DNA from: Candidatus Saccharimonadota bacterium
Lineage (GTDB): Bacteria > Bacteroidota > Bacteroidia > Cytophagales > Amoebophilaceae
Assembly (NCBI RefSeq): GCF_003351905.1
Contig: NZ_CP022339.1
Location: 570,001-602,000 of the forward strand
Direction: 5' to 3'
DNA length: 32,000 nt
The position numbers were made by a program, and so were the translations under genes. The notes beneath the pieces were generated by a model. It saw only the letters and a list, made by a program, of their open reading frames with translations, made no database searches and was not told the DNA's origin. This document shows positions 14,889 through 25,174 of the stretch, one piece after another; the stretch's first letter is position 1; each line of letters starts with the position of its first letter.

Positions 14889-17800
14889 TTACTTGTTTTT
14901 GTTAACTTTTCCTTTTTTTATGTTTACTGTATCCTTATCAATATCAATCTTTAGCGCCTCTTTAGCTGCATGTTCTAATGCAGTGCCTATCTCTGGACCT
15001 AAGTAAGTATGGGCTAACTTCACATCTATGTCTAAGGTTTCTTGCGCCATATGGTGCACCTCTGTTGGATGGATATAACTTGCCGCCTGGTGTAGGTCAT
15101 AGAGCCGCTCGGCTAGCTTAATAAAGAGTACAGAAAGCTGTATATGCTCTTCCTTAATCGCTTCTTTCAATCGATTTTGCACATAAAGCAAGGAAGGGTG
15201 GTCTAAGTCTTGGCGTTTGTCTATACTTATTACATTCAATACAAAGGCATAAACCCCTAAGTTATAATGTTCCTTGACATAAGAAAGTGGTAGGCAGGTA
15301 TGGCGCACCAGTTCATAGAGCAAAGCAGCATAAATTACTTTAGGGGAGTGAAAGACCCATTCTACTATTAACGTGGTAATCCCTACCGCACGTACATAAA
15401 ACAATTGACCCGAGGCATGCCGTTTAAAGCCAAAATGTTTCCGTAGTAATAAAAGCAAACCTGAAATCGTACCTAGGTCAATAGGATCGGATCGATGAGA
15501 AGACTGGCAGATATAGTCATGGAACTGCATTAAGGCCATCATGGAATCAGCTTGCTCTTTAGGGGTAACAGGGGTTTCTGAGGTTAAGCAATCTAAAGGT
15601 AGCTTAGCCGTCATCTTACTCAGCATATCCGTCACATCATTAGGCAGTACCAGTAGCATAGTGGGTTGCTGCTTGTCATCGCATATTTCCAAATGGCCAT
15701 AGTGAGCCCCAACAATACTGGATATGGTTTCTTGTTGGAGGTCTATAGATGGTGGCACTGCTTGTTTCCCTGGATCGTCTATAGCATCTATCCCATCATC
15801 ATAGATACCCTGCACTTTAGGCAATGCCTCAGGGGAAGTAGTAGCTTGACTGAATACTAGGGCAGTCGCTTGAAAAAGCATATATACAGGACAGCTGCTG
15901 TCAATAGGGTCAGCTTGCTTAAACTGCAACGTGGTGCCATGCAGTTGTACCTTTACAATGGGTACAGTATTATCCTCTAGCTTACCAATACGTAAAACAG
16001 CTTGTACCAGCAAATAGACGATTTGGTTGATATCGCATACTATATGCGGGCATGGACCCCCATTAGGATGCATTATCTTTTCTACCAGCAGTCTAGGTGG
16101 ATCAATCACCTCTTGGGATAATGCCAACTCTACCTTACGCATCAACTGATCGAAGGTAATTTGAGCGGGTTGTAGTAGGGCATGCTTTTTAGCTTTTGCT
16201 CTCCTATTAAAATAGGCCACCCAATCATAAAGCTTATTGATAATACTTTGAAAATCTTGCTTATAAAGTGGTACGTTGCTATCTAAAAAAGAGATGGATT
16301 CCTCAATTTTCCCTATTACTTGCGTTAAAATGGCGCCATAGCCTTTGGCTTGACTCATCGTAGTGGTGGGCACCATGGCTGAATCGTAAAGAGAAGCTTT
16401 GAGTTTGCGATCCTTTGCAATCTTTTCTTGATTTTTTAGGTAAAGAATTTGAGCAATATAGCGATCTTGTTTGATTTTAAAGAAAATAATAATAGCGAAT
16501 AGGAGTAGTAGACTCACTATACATAGCGGTAATAAAGAAGATAACAGCGGAAAGCAGGGACCAGTAGCAATAGGATAAATGGATATGAGTAAGGTGGTTG
16601 TTGCCACTCCTATTCCTAGATAAAGGGGTAATCCCCATAAGATGACACCACAATGGGCTAAAGACAAAGAAGCCGAAAAAATCGGTTCTGTTAGATACCA
16701 CCAGGTACCAAGCAAATTCAAAGGAAGATAAACGGCTAATCCTACTAGCCAACATAGACCAATAAACCAACTGGGAATATCCCTTATCCTTTGGAAGATA
16801 TCATAGAGAAATGGGTAGCCTAAATAACAAGCCGCTCCAAATAGTTGCAGTATAAGCCAGCAGACATGATGCGCAATAGGCGCTATAAAATAAGCCAGTA
16901 AACTAGTCACGGCTATATAAATGCCTACACATATGATCATAGTATGGTTGGGTATCAGGTTAGCCAAAGTGATTTTTCTATTGGCCCAACCATTTTTAAT
17001 CGCTTCTTTTCGTTCCGCCTGCTTGCGTGCATGCGCTTGTTGCATTTGTTTAAAATCGGGGTCTGGCCCTACCCAACCAGCCTCTTTTGGCTGTTTGAAT
17101 AAATAATGGGCCGCTAGCATAGCTAAGCCATTGGCTAACATGGAAGGGAAGGCGCCATTTATTCCCATCTCTGGGTCAAGTGGCTCAATCCATTTGTTCC
17201 AAGCTAAAATAGTTAGTGCACCTGTAGCCATACCGATTAAAGCAGTACGAGTGGTGCCCCGAAAACCGAAAATAGCCAATATAAAGGGCGCTGTTATAAC
17301 AGGGATAGCAGAATCAAGAACCCAATATGTTAATTTTAACAGATCTTGACAATAAAAAGCTAGCATCATAGCTAATAAGCCCAACACTAGCGTGGTCCAT
17401 CTAGCTATTTTAAGCTGATGCGCATCATCAATTTGTTTTTCCTTGTGTATACTTTGCAATATATCATAGCTAATCATAATAGAACAAGCATTTAAGCAAG
17501 AGTCAGCTGTAGACATCGCCATAGCGAGTAAACTAACGGCCAAAAATCCTTTAAAAAAAGGGGACATATGAGTCATAATGTACCCCCAAACCTCTTCTTT
17601 AGACAAGTGTGGTGCACCTACAAAAACAAATAGGCCAATTAGAATAATAAAAGAAGCTATAATAAGATTAAAAACAGTAGCATATGAAAAAACCTTTTGG
17701 GCCTGAATGGTACCAGAAGACATGTATACCCGCTGCATAAGTTGGGGTTGGACTATATAGGATACTAAGACAGCCAATATGAGGGAAAACAAAGCTATTA

Positions 17801-18491
17801 ACTTAGTATCAAAATGGAATAGGGTACTAAACTGAAATTTAGCTTGGTTGTGCAGTATAGGAATGATGGTTGATACTGGTTTACCTGCTTTTAGAAATAT
17901 AAACCAAGTCAAAAGAGGAATAATAATGGAAAAGGTTAGAAACTGTAGTATATCTGTAAAGGTAACGGCACGGACCCCCCCAAATGTTGAATAGAAAACA
18001 AGGAATAAGCTGGCGAAGATAGGTACTAAATAGGGGTTATCTACGTGCACACACATAGTAATGGATCGAGACATTACAGTAATCTGCATGGTAATTATAA
18101 TGATACAACGACAAGTACCAACCAAAGCCGTCACGATTCTTGCATATCTGCCATAGACATGACCCATCGTCTGTGCGATAGAGAAGTGTTGCATAAATGG
18201 ACCCATACGTAAGGCTAACTTACCAATAGTCCATAAACCAAAACAATCTAAAAATACAAGAACTATCCACCATAAGCCATATTCATAGACGCACTCTACG
18301 TCACACATTAATGTGCAGCCAGCATATAAAGTGGCCAATACCGTAGCAACTAAAGTAGCGGTAGCAAACTGTTTATTCCCTACTGCATATTCTCGAAAAG
18401 TGGTTTTTTTTCTACTAAAGTAAATGCCTACAACCAAGGTTAGCAATAAAAAAATGGCCACTATAAATAGGGAGATGTTTAAACAGAGCAT
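14889..18491 (-). CDS. Giant polytopic protein: SSS (sodium:solute symporter)-like domain + second TM block + degenerate histidine-kinase-like module + degenerate RelA/SpoT-type HD domain
   Basis: The ORF is 1200 aa. It carries the SSS hallmark FGGVRAVTFTDILQF and about 13 TM segments in the first 480 aa or so, then 6-7 further TM segments and a coiled-coil. A CA-like region follows (IVCDINQIVYLLVQAVLRIG ... IVGAHYGHLEI...TMLLVLP). The C-terminus, SGQLFYVRAVG...AALLYELVRHT...IKLAERLYDLHQ, aligns to the HD_4 motifs with HP, HD, ED and N replaced. Confidence 0.75.
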   Translation of the reverse strand: MLCLNISLFIVAIFLLLTLVVGIYFSRKKTTFREYAVGNKQFATATLVATVLATLYAGCTLMCDVECVYEYGLWWIVLVFLDCFGLWTIGKLALRMGPFMQHFSIAQTMGHVYGRYARIVTALVGTCRCIIIITMQITVMSRSITMCVHVDNPYLVPIFASLFLVFYSTFGGVRAVTFTDILQFLTFSIIIPLLTWFIFLKAGKPVSTIIPILHNQAKFQFSTLFHFDTKLIALFSLILAVLVSYIVQPQLMQRVYMSSGTIQAQKVFSYATVFNLIIASFIILIGLFVFVGAPHLSKEEVWGYIMTHMSPFFKGFLAVSLLAMAMSTADSCLNACSIMISYDILQSIHKEKQIDDAHQLKIARWTTLVLGLLAMMLAFYCQDLLKLTYWVLDSAIPVITAPFILAIFGFRGTTRTALIGMATGALTILAWNKWIEPLDPEMGINGAFPSMLANGLAMLAAHYLFKQPKEAGWVGPDPDFKQMQQAHARKQAERKEAIKNGWANRKITLANLIPNHTMIICVGIYIAVTSLLAYFIAPIAHHVCWLILQLFGAACYLGYPFLYDIFQRIRDIPSWFIGLCWLVGLAVYLPLNLLGTWWYLTEPIFSASLSLAHCGVILWGLPLYLGIGVATTTLLISIYPIATGPCFPLLSSLLPLCIVSLLLLFAIIIFFKIKQDRYIAQILYLKNQEKIAKDRKLKASLYDSAMVPTTTMSQAKGYGAILTQVIGKIEESISFLDSNVPLYKQDFQSIINKLYDWVAYFNRRAKAKKHALLQPAQITFDQLMRKVELALSQEVIDPPRLLVEKIMHPNGGPCPHIVCDINQIVYLLVQAVLRIGKLEDNTVPIVKVQLHGTTLQFKQADPIDSSCPVYMLFQATALVFSQATTSPEALPKVQGIYDDGIDAIDDPGKQAVPPSIDLQQETISSIVGAHYGHLEICDDKQQPTMLLVLPNDVTDMLSKMTAKLPLDCLTSETPVTPKEQADSMMALMQFHDYICQSSHRSDPIDLGTISGLLLLLRKHFGFKRHASGQLFYVRAVGITTLIVEWVFHSPKVIYAALLYELVRHTCLPLSYVKEHYNLGVYAFVLNVISIDKRQDLDHPSLLYVQNRLKEAIKEEHIQLSVLFIKLAERLYDLHQAASYIHPTEVHHMAQETLDIDVKLAHTYLGPEIGTALEHAAKEALKIDIDKDTVNIKKGKVNKNK

Positions 18492-18548
18492 AGGGAAAGT
18501 CGTTAAAAAATTATAATATATGTTATAATAAGTTTTTTAAACTAAAAT

Positions 18549-18787
18549 TCAAAATAAGTGTCTCTTCACGACACTGGTTGGTAAGGCAGTTTTATTTTTA
18601 CTTCATTCTTGATAAAAAAGTGGATAAAAAATGCAGCCCTCGGCAAAAGCCGCTGAAAGTATCATTTTACAGGGGCGTTGTTCTTTTAACGTAAAAAACC
18701 AGTGACTTGCACAGATACCATAACTTAATATGGAATAGCATCATAGCATCCGGTTGTTGCTTAGGGGTAACAGGGTAAGGTAAGCCA
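18549..18787 (-). pseudogene. Dispersed repeat copy B: relic of the deleted C-terminal part of the truncated SSS paralog
   Basis: The reverse strand reads YPVTPKQQPDAMMLFHIKLWY..., compared with TPVTPKEQADSMMALMQFHDY in the 1200-aa paralog. It then decays into the non-coding core shared with 3841-3964. Confidence 0.6.
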
Positions 18788-20218
18788 TTATAGATAGTTT
18801 GGTGATTTGGCACAACTTAACTTGTATTTTCCTACTATTTTAAGTAGATAGTGGGCGGTTATCATAGTCAAGCCATTGGCTACCATAGCAATAAAAGAGC
18901 CGTCTACCCCTGTTGATGGTTCAACCCATTTGTTCCAAGCTAAAATAGTGAGTACACCTGATGCCATACCGATTAAAGCCGTATGGGATGTGCCTCGAAA
19001 GCCAAAAACAGCTAAGATAAATGGGGCAACGGTAATAGGTAGATAAAGCCCAAGATTTAATTTGAGCAAATCCAACAAATTGGTATAGTAAAAGGTTAAT
19101 ACCATAGCAAATAGCCCTATAAAAATGGACGCAATTCTTGCTAACTCGAGCTGATAAGGATAGGTTTTTGTACTACGTATAGATGCCAGTATATCATGAC
19201 TCACTGCAATAGCGCCTGAGTGTAAACAGGAGTCAGCAGTAGACATAGACATAGCTAGTAAACTAACAGAAAGAAACCCTTTAAGCACAGGTGGAATGTC
19301 CGTCATGATATAGTCCCAAACCTTGACTACTGAAACCTCTGGTGTACCTACAAAAATAAGTAATCCAATCAAGCATATAACCATATTGATGCATATCCCA
19401 AAAAAACCAGCATACCGGAAAACATTCCTAGCCTGTGTGGGGCCAGAAGACATATACACCCTATGCACAATAGGCGCGTCTATATAAGATGCAAGGATAG
19501 ATAAAGCCAGCGCAACCATGGCCACTAGATTCATATCGTAATGGAATATGGTACTGAGTTGAAATGTATCGTGTTCCTGTAAAAGTGGAAAAATTTCTAA
19601 AAATGGTTTGCCCAACTTCATAAATATAAACCAAGAAAAAAAAGGTAGAATAACAGCAAAAGTCATAAATTGTACTACATCGGTAAATACAACTGTACGA
19701 ATACCTCCAAAAGAGGAATAGAAAATCAGGGCTAAAGTAGAACAGACCGCAATGAACTGAGGATCAACTGTATGTATGCATATGCGAATCGATGACGCCA
19801 TTACATGCACTTGCATCGCAACCATTGTAACGGAAGAACCGATACTGCAAAGCGCCACAATAACCCTGGGGCACTTGCCATAGACGCTACCTATCGTTTC
19901 TGCCATAGAAAGATTTTGCATAAATGACCCCATACGTAGTGCCAACCCACTCACCACCCATAAGCCTAAGTCGCCTAAAATAACTATAATCATCCAATAA
20001 AGCCCAAGTGTATGAATCTGTTCTACATTACGGGCCAACCCACTTCCACTATAAGCAGTAGCCAATATGGTGGCTACCAAGGTAGCGGTAGCAAATTGTT
20101 TGTTCCCTATCGCATATTCTCGAAAGGTGGTTTTTTTTCTACTAAAGTGAATACCTACACCCAAGGTCAGTAATAAAAAAGCGGACAGTATACATACCGA
20201 GACATCAAAAGAGATCAT
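18788..20218 (-). CDS. SSS-like membrane protein, truncated tandem paralog of the 14889-18491 N-terminal domain
   Basis: The 476-aa ORF is collinear with residues 1 to about 470 of the 1200-aa protein (FSRKKTTFREYAIGNKQFATATLVAT, FGGIRTVVFTDVVQF, LIGMASGVLTILAWNKWVEP). It ends where the paralog continues. Confidence 0.75.
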   Translation of the reverse strand: MISFDVSVCILSAFLLLTLGVGIHFSRKKTTFREYAIGNKQFATATLVATILATAYSGSGLARNVEQIHTLGLYWMIIVILGDLGLWVVSGLALRMGSFMQNLSMAETIGSVYGKCPRVIVALCSIGSSVTMVAMQVHVMASSIRICIHTVDPQFIAVCSTLALIFYSSFGGIRTVVFTDVVQFMTFAVILPFFSWFIFMKLGKPFLEIFPLLQEHDTFQLSTIFHYDMNLVAMVALALSILASYIDAPIVHRVYMSSGPTQARNVFRYAGFFGICINMVICLIGLLIFVGTPEVSVVKVWDYIMTDIPPVLKGFLSVSLLAMSMSTADSCLHSGAIAVSHDILASIRSTKTYPYQLELARIASIFIGLFAMVLTFYYTNLLDLLKLNLGLYLPITVAPFILAVFGFRGTSHTALIGMASGVLTILAWNKWVEPSTGVDGSFIAMVANGLTMITAHYLLKIVGKYKLSCAKSPNYL

Positions 20219-20346
20219 AAACTTAAGTCGTTAAGCTACAAAAGAGCTACAAGGTTCATACAGAAGCACCTATTATAAGAAGTTTTATTTAAGAATCAAA
20301 CAAAGGGGTTGAAGAAAAAAGTAAGCTTAACCATGTGTTTCCCATA

Positions 20347-20982
20347 TTAAAGCGTGAGATAAGGCATGATTTTGTTTCCCCAATTGGAGCTGTAGCCTGG
20401 TAGCCTTTGAATCGCATTTAAATGGGTAAATTTTCCTTGTTGCTTTCTATAGTTTATGATCGCTTTGGCCATAGCAACTGAGATATAAGGATGAAAGACC
20501 AATGCTTTAAAAGTTGCTTGGTTTAAGGATAATTTTTTAGGTCTGTACTTGGCTGGTATCGTGGTCCGCTTCATGAGTTTTATATGAAGGTGGTGCGGTA
20601 GACCATATACTTCTTTATATTGATCCAACGAAATGAATCCACCTAGCTTGTCTCTATACCGTAGGATGCGCATAGCCAGTGGTTGCCTGATGCCTGCTAT
20701 CGTTTGCAACTGGTTTGCCGTAGCTGTGTTGATATTAAGTAGGGTGTATGTACGGGCATTTTCTTGCAGCAGGGTTAAGTTTTTTTCCAATAACGCAATG
20801 TCTGCACGATGATCTATTGGCTGATGACTAACGTATAGCTGATATATTTTAGGTGCAATGATGGTGAGCAGGATCAGCACAATAATGGCTAATAAGCCGT
20901 TGCTTTCCCTATTGGAGAAATGAAAAGCTTGTTTGATCCAATGTTTGAATTTGTGCAACATGATGCCTACGTGCTGTGACAT
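20347..20982 (-). CDS. comEA: ComEA-like helix-hairpin-helix DNA-binding protein with N-terminal membrane anchor
   Basis: One TM segment (LLAIIVLILLTIIAP) and two HhH units (LNINTATANQLQTIAGIRQPLAMRILRYRDKLGGF; LSLNQATFKALVFHPYISVAMAKAIINYRKQQGKF). Confidence 0.75.
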   Translation of the reverse strand: MSQHVGIMLHKFKHWIKQAFHFSNRESNGLLAIIVLILLTIIAPKIYQLYVSHQPIDHRADIALLEKNLTLLQENARTYTLLNINTATANQLQTIAGIRQPLAMRILRYRDKLGGFISLDQYKEVYGLPHHLHIKLMKRTTIPAKYRPKKLSLNQATFKALVFHPYISVAMAKAIINYRKQQGKFTHLNAIQRLPGYSSNWGNKIMPYLTL

Positions 20983-21967
20983 ATTTTTCCCATTTCTCTA
21001 TCAGTTTAATAAAGTTTTCTGGTAAAGGTGCTTCAAAGGAGTGGGCTGTTTTTGTTATAGGATGGGTAAAGCCAAGCACAGCTGCATGCAGTGCCTGATG
21101 AGGCATCAGTTTAAAACAGTTGTGCACAAAGGCCTTATAAGAGGCATATCGTTCGCCACTAGCGATTGCGTCACCGCCATATTGCGGATCACCAAAGATA
21201 GGATGGCCGATATGTTTCATATGCACGCGAATTTGATGGGTCCGTCCGGTTTCTAATCTACAGGCTACCAGGGCTACATGATGCAGCCGCTTAACGACTT
21301 GGTAATGGGTAACGGCTCTTTTGCCTTGTTGAAGATCCGGGAAGGCGGATATTTTTTGATGGTTATGACTGTCTTTGCCTATATTAACATCAATGGTTCC
21401 GTGCTCATTTTGGGGATTGCCCCAGACCAATGCATAATAGGTTCGTGTGACCGTATGGTTATAAAATTGACGCGCCAAAGCGTCCAAGCTTGCTGTTGTT
21501 TTGGCTACTACCAGTAGACCGGATGTGTTTTTATCAATCCGATGAACCAATCCAGGCCTGGTAGGCATATCGTCTTTTAAAGGCAACGCTTTATAACGAT
21601 ACAATAGGGCATGGGCTAGTGTGCCCGTTCGATGGGTCGTATCTGGGTGCACCACCATTTGAGCGGGCTTGTGGACAACCAGTAAGTGGTCATCTTCATA
21701 TACAATGTCCAATGGGATTGCTTCTGGTGTAAGGGTTTCAAGGTCGATGGGGTTGGGTATGCGTGCTACTATCTCATCTGTAGTCCGAACCATATAATTG
21801 GATTTGATAAGTTGCCGATTAACCGAAACCCATTGGTTGGTAATGGCTTCTTGGACTTTGTTTCGGCTGATTGGTAAGACCTCAGCTAAAAATTTGTCTA
21901 TACGAAGCCCGGACTGTTCTTTGGTAACCGTAACCACATATGCTGGTTTTTCAGTGGAATCTTTCAT
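20909..21967 (-). CDS. rluD: RluA-family 23S rRNA pseudouridine synthase (RluD-like, S4 domain)
   Basis: N-terminal S4 motif (RIDKFLAEVLP.SRNKVQ), VVHKPAQMVVHP, catalytic HRIDKNTSGLLVVAK, and GRTHQIRVH. Confidence 0.88.
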   Translation of the reverse strand: MKDSTEKPAYVVTVTKEQSGLRIDKFLAEVLPISRNKVQEAITNQWVSVNRQLIKSNYMVRTTDEIVARIPNPIDLETLTPEAIPLDIVYEDDHLLVVHKPAQMVVHPDTTHRTGTLAHALLYRYKALPLKDDMPTRPGLVHRIDKNTSGLLVVAKTTASLDALARQFYNHTVTRTYYALVWGNPQNEHGTIDVNIGKDSHNHQKISAFPDLQQGKRAVTHYQVVKRLHHVALVACRLETGRTHQIRVHMKHIGHPIFGDPQYGGDAIASGERYASYKAFVHNCFKLMPHQALHAAVLGFTHPITKTAHSFEAPLPENFIKLIEKWEKYVTARRHHVAQIQTLDQTSFSFLQ

Positions 21968-21979
21968 CCCTACACCCAG

Positions 21980-22348
21980 TTATACGGTAAAATTTTTTCG
22001 CTGCATCAGCGCATCTACCAGCAATAGATGTCTAAATAACCTTCGTTTGCGGCCTAAAGTCGTTTTGTATTTCACTATTGTGTGAGTAGCGAGTGGAGGA
22101 TTTTCGGTTGTTATCTGGCGCAAAGGCGCAGGTGGCGCTACTTGGTCTACCACTTTGCGCATGATGGGCATAGGCGGCGCTATATTTTTTACTTTATTTG
22201 TACCTGTATAGGTCTCTTCATCTAGTTCCTCCTCGGAGGTTGAATCATCCGAAGCAGCCAAATACTTATATAGCCACCGAATGCCCCAAAGGATTAAAAG
22301 CACACTGATCTTAACCTCTGTTTCAGATTTGCCTGTAAAAAATCCCAT
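21980..22348 (-). CDS. Hypothetical small membrane-anchored protein (acidic and Pro-rich linker, basic tail)
   Basis: This is an ORF only: one N-terminal TM, no recognisable motif, sitting in the operon position between infB and rluD. Confidence 0.3.
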   Translation of the reverse strand: MGFFTGKSETEVKISVLLILWGIRWLYKYLAASDDSTSEEELDEETYTGTNKVKNIAPPMPIMRKVVDQVAPPAPLRQITTENPPLATHTIVKYKTTLGRKRRLFRHLLLVDALMQRKNFTV

Positions 22349-22397
22349 AAATTAAACCTAAAAAACAAGAAAAAAGCCTTTTCAGCTACCTTTCTTT

Positions 22398-25139
22398 TTA
22401 AAGTTGACGCTTGATTTCTTTTTGTTCAAAGCCTTCTATAATATCCCCCACTTCAATTTCGTCAAAATTTCTGATATGTATCCCACATTCAGAAACAGAT
22501 TTGACCTGTTTGATCTCCTCTAGCCCATGTTTAATGGTATGGATTGTACCGGTAAATATAACCTGTTCTTTTCTGATGATACGTATGGGATTGGCTTGTT
22601 TAATAAAACCTACTTGTACTTGACAACCTGCAATATTACCAATTTTTGAAAATGTAAAGATCTTTTTAATTTCTGCTCGACCTGTAGTCATTTCTTCTAT
22701 GGTAGGTGCCAAAAGCCCCTGTACCGCACTACGCACATCATCTATCGCGCTGTAAATAATTGAATATTGCTTGATTTCTACCCCTTCTCTTTCGGCTAAT
22801 TTTTTAGCTTGTGCAGAGGGCTTAATATGGAAGGCAATAATAATCGCTTCAGCGGTAGCAGCAAGGAGTATGTCAGACTCTGACACAGCTCCTACACCCT
22901 TATGTAGAATATTCACCTCTACCTCTTCATGGGATAACCGAAGCAATGCATCTGCTAAGGCCTCGATAGAACCATCCATATCTCCTTTGATGATAATATT
23001 GAGCTCCTTAAAGTTGCCTACAGCCAAACGACGACCAATTTCATCAAGGGTAAGGTGAGACTTGGTACGCAACGTTTGCTCGCGCAACAATTGCTGCTTT
23101 TTTTGTGCCAATTCTCCTACCTCTTTTATGCTGCTCATCACACGAAAGGTATCTCCTGCTCTGGGCGCACCATTTAACCCTAATATTTGCACAGGTGTAG
23201 CAGGGGAAGCTACTTTTTGGGTGATGTTTTGGTGGTTTAACATCGCTTTTACTTTGCCATAGTAGACACCCGCTAGCACAATGTCGCCTACATGTAGGGT
23301 CCCCTCTTGTACAATACCGGTGGCCACGTACCCTCTACCGGGATCTAGGAAGGACTCAATAATTGTACCCCTTGCTTTTCTAGCAGGGGTCGCTTGCAAG
23401 TTGAGTAGCGAGGCTTCTAAAAGAATTTTTTCTAAAAGCGCATTGATCCCTTGTCCTGTTTTGGCTGAAATCTCTTGGCATTGATACTTCCCACCCCAGT
23501 CTTCCACCAAGATGTTGCAATTGGCCAAATCTTCTTTGACTTTTTCTGGGTTGGCCTGTGGTTTATCAATTTTATTGATGGCAATAATAATCGGGCAACC
23601 CGCTACTTGTGCATGGCTGATCGACTCCTTGGTCTGGGTCATAATGCTATCATCTGCAGCGACCACAATGACAATAATATCAGTTACCTGTGCACCTCTA
23701 GTACGCATAGCTGTAAAAGCTTCATGCCCAGGTGTATCCAAAAACACAATCTTTTTGTTTTGATCGGTAGTAATGGCATAGGCCCCAATGTGCTGGGTAA
23801 TACCACCTGCTTCTTTTGCGGTTACCTTTGTGGTACGGATATAATCTAATAAAGAAGTTTTGCCATGATCTACGTGGCCCATAATGGTGACAATAGGCGG
23901 ACGTTCTACCAGTTCACCCGCTACCTCGTCTATATCCTTACAGGTTGTTGCATCATGCAGGTCAACAAATTCTACGCTATAGCCAAACTCATCGGCTACA
24001 ACGGTAATGGCTTCTGCATCTAGACGTTGGTTGATAGAGATAATCATGCCTAAAGACATACAAGTAGAGAGGATCTCATTGACTGTAATGTCCATAAAAG
24101 AAGCGAGTTCATTGGCAGATATAAACTCTGTGATTTTTAAAACTTTTTCTGTTTCCTGACGTTGACGCTTTTCCTCAGCCTCCAGGTGGGCACTGCGCCG
24201 ATCTCTTTTGTATTTAGACCGTGCTCCATCACCGGCACCTTGGTTTAACTTGGCTAAGGTTTTTTTAATTTGGCTTTCTATTTCTTGAGCAGATACGCCG
24301 TCTTGCTCTTTGGGGCCTACGGTTGTTTTAGGATGTTTTGTATTGCGTAAAGCATCAGCGGTTGCGTTAGATTTATATGACCCTGCTTTTTTCCCACCTC
24401 CTAGTGGTCTAGCGCCAGGGGTAGGGGTTGTAGGAGGGGTAGCCCTACTGTGTGGTTTTGCGCCACCTGTTTTAGGTGTGCCCATGGAACCACTTAACTT
24501 TTGAGACAGTGCGCCACTGCTAGGGCGGTGCCTTCTAAAAGTGGGTTCAGGTAAAGTCATTTTGCCTACTATCGTAGGTCTTTTAAGCGGCTCTGAAAAG
24601 GATATTTTATCCGGTTTAGCAGGAGGTTGTTTCGTTGCGTCATCCAAGTGACTTGTACCGCCATCTGCTGTGCCTGATGGCAGCTCTGCAGCCTCAACAG
24701 CAGTAAGGGGCGCCTCAGCTTTCACTTTTTCAGTAGCCAACTCTATTTTCCCAACTGCCTTTAAGCCAGGTAAAACCGGAACAGAGGCTTCATAATGAGC
24801 TGGGGGAGTAGGAGGCGTTTGTTCCACCCTTTGGCCTTGCATTTCTGTTTGCTTATGGACGGGTGGCGCTTCTGTATGGGTTGTACGTGTATGCTTACTA
24901 GCTGGAGCAGAAAGACTTACATAGGTTTTACCGATGGTGACATGCGCCGCTTCCTGTTTATCCACACCAGCTGAGATAAATTCAGTAGCCAGTATATTAA
25001 ATTGTTCGACCGTTATTTTAGCATTGGGTTTGTTATCTATGACAAACCCCTTTTGGGCTAAAAAAGAAGCAATCGTCTCTGTTCCGACATTTAACTTTCG
25101 AGCCACTTGGCTGAGTCGCATGTTTTTTTCTTCATTCAT
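22398..25139 (-). CDS. infB: Translation initiation factor IF-2
   Basis: Bacteroidota-type N-terminus ([25 protein letters not shown]), a low-complexity linker, and G-domain motifs [17 protein letters not shown] and NKID. The ORF is 913 aa. Confidence 0.97.
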   Translation of the reverse strand: MNEEKNMRLSQVARKLNVGTETIASFLAQKGFVIDNKPNAKITVEQFNILATEFISAGVDKQEAAHVTIGKTYVSLSAPASKHTRTTHTEAPPVHKQTEMQGQRVEQTPPTPPAHYEASVPVLPGLKAVGKIELATEKVKAEAPLTAVEAAELPSGTADGGTSHLDDATKQPPAKPDKISFSEPLKRPTIVGKMTLPEPTFRRHRPSSGALSQKLSGSMGTPKTGGAKPHSRATPPTTPTPGARPLGGGKKAGSYKSNATADALRNTKHPKTTVGPKEQDGVSAQEIESQIKKTLAKLNQGAGDGARSKYKRDRRSAHLEAEEKRQRQETEKVLKITEFISANELASFMDITVNEILSTCMSLGMIISINQRLDAEAITVVADEFGYSVEFVDLHDATTCKDIDEVAGELVERPPIVTIMGHVDHGKTSLLDYIRTTKVTAKEAGGITQHIGAYAITTDQNKKIVFLDTPGHEAFTAMRTRGAQVTDIIVIVVAADDSIMTQTKESISHAQVAGCPIIIAINKIDKPQANPEKVKEDLANCNILVEDWGGKYQCQEISAKTGQGINALLEKILLEASLLNLQATPARKARGTIIESFLDPGRGYVATGIVQEGTLHVGDIVLAGVYYGKVKAMLNHQNITQKVASPATPVQILGLNGAPRAGDTFRVMSSIKEVGELAQKKQQLLREQTLRTKSHLTLDEIGRRLAVGNFKELNIIIKGDMDGSIEALADALLRLSHEEVEVNILHKGVGAVSESDILLAATAEAIIIAFHIKPSAQAKKLAEREGVEIKQYSIIYSAIDDVRSAVQGLLAPTIEEMTTGRAEIKKIFTFSKIGNIAGCQVQVGFIKQANPIRIIRKEQVIFTGTIHTIKHGLEEIKQVKSVSECGIHIRNFDEIEVGDIIEGFEQKEIKRQL

Positions 25140-25174
25140 GGATTATCTTTCTCTACCTATAAGGTATATTTAGC

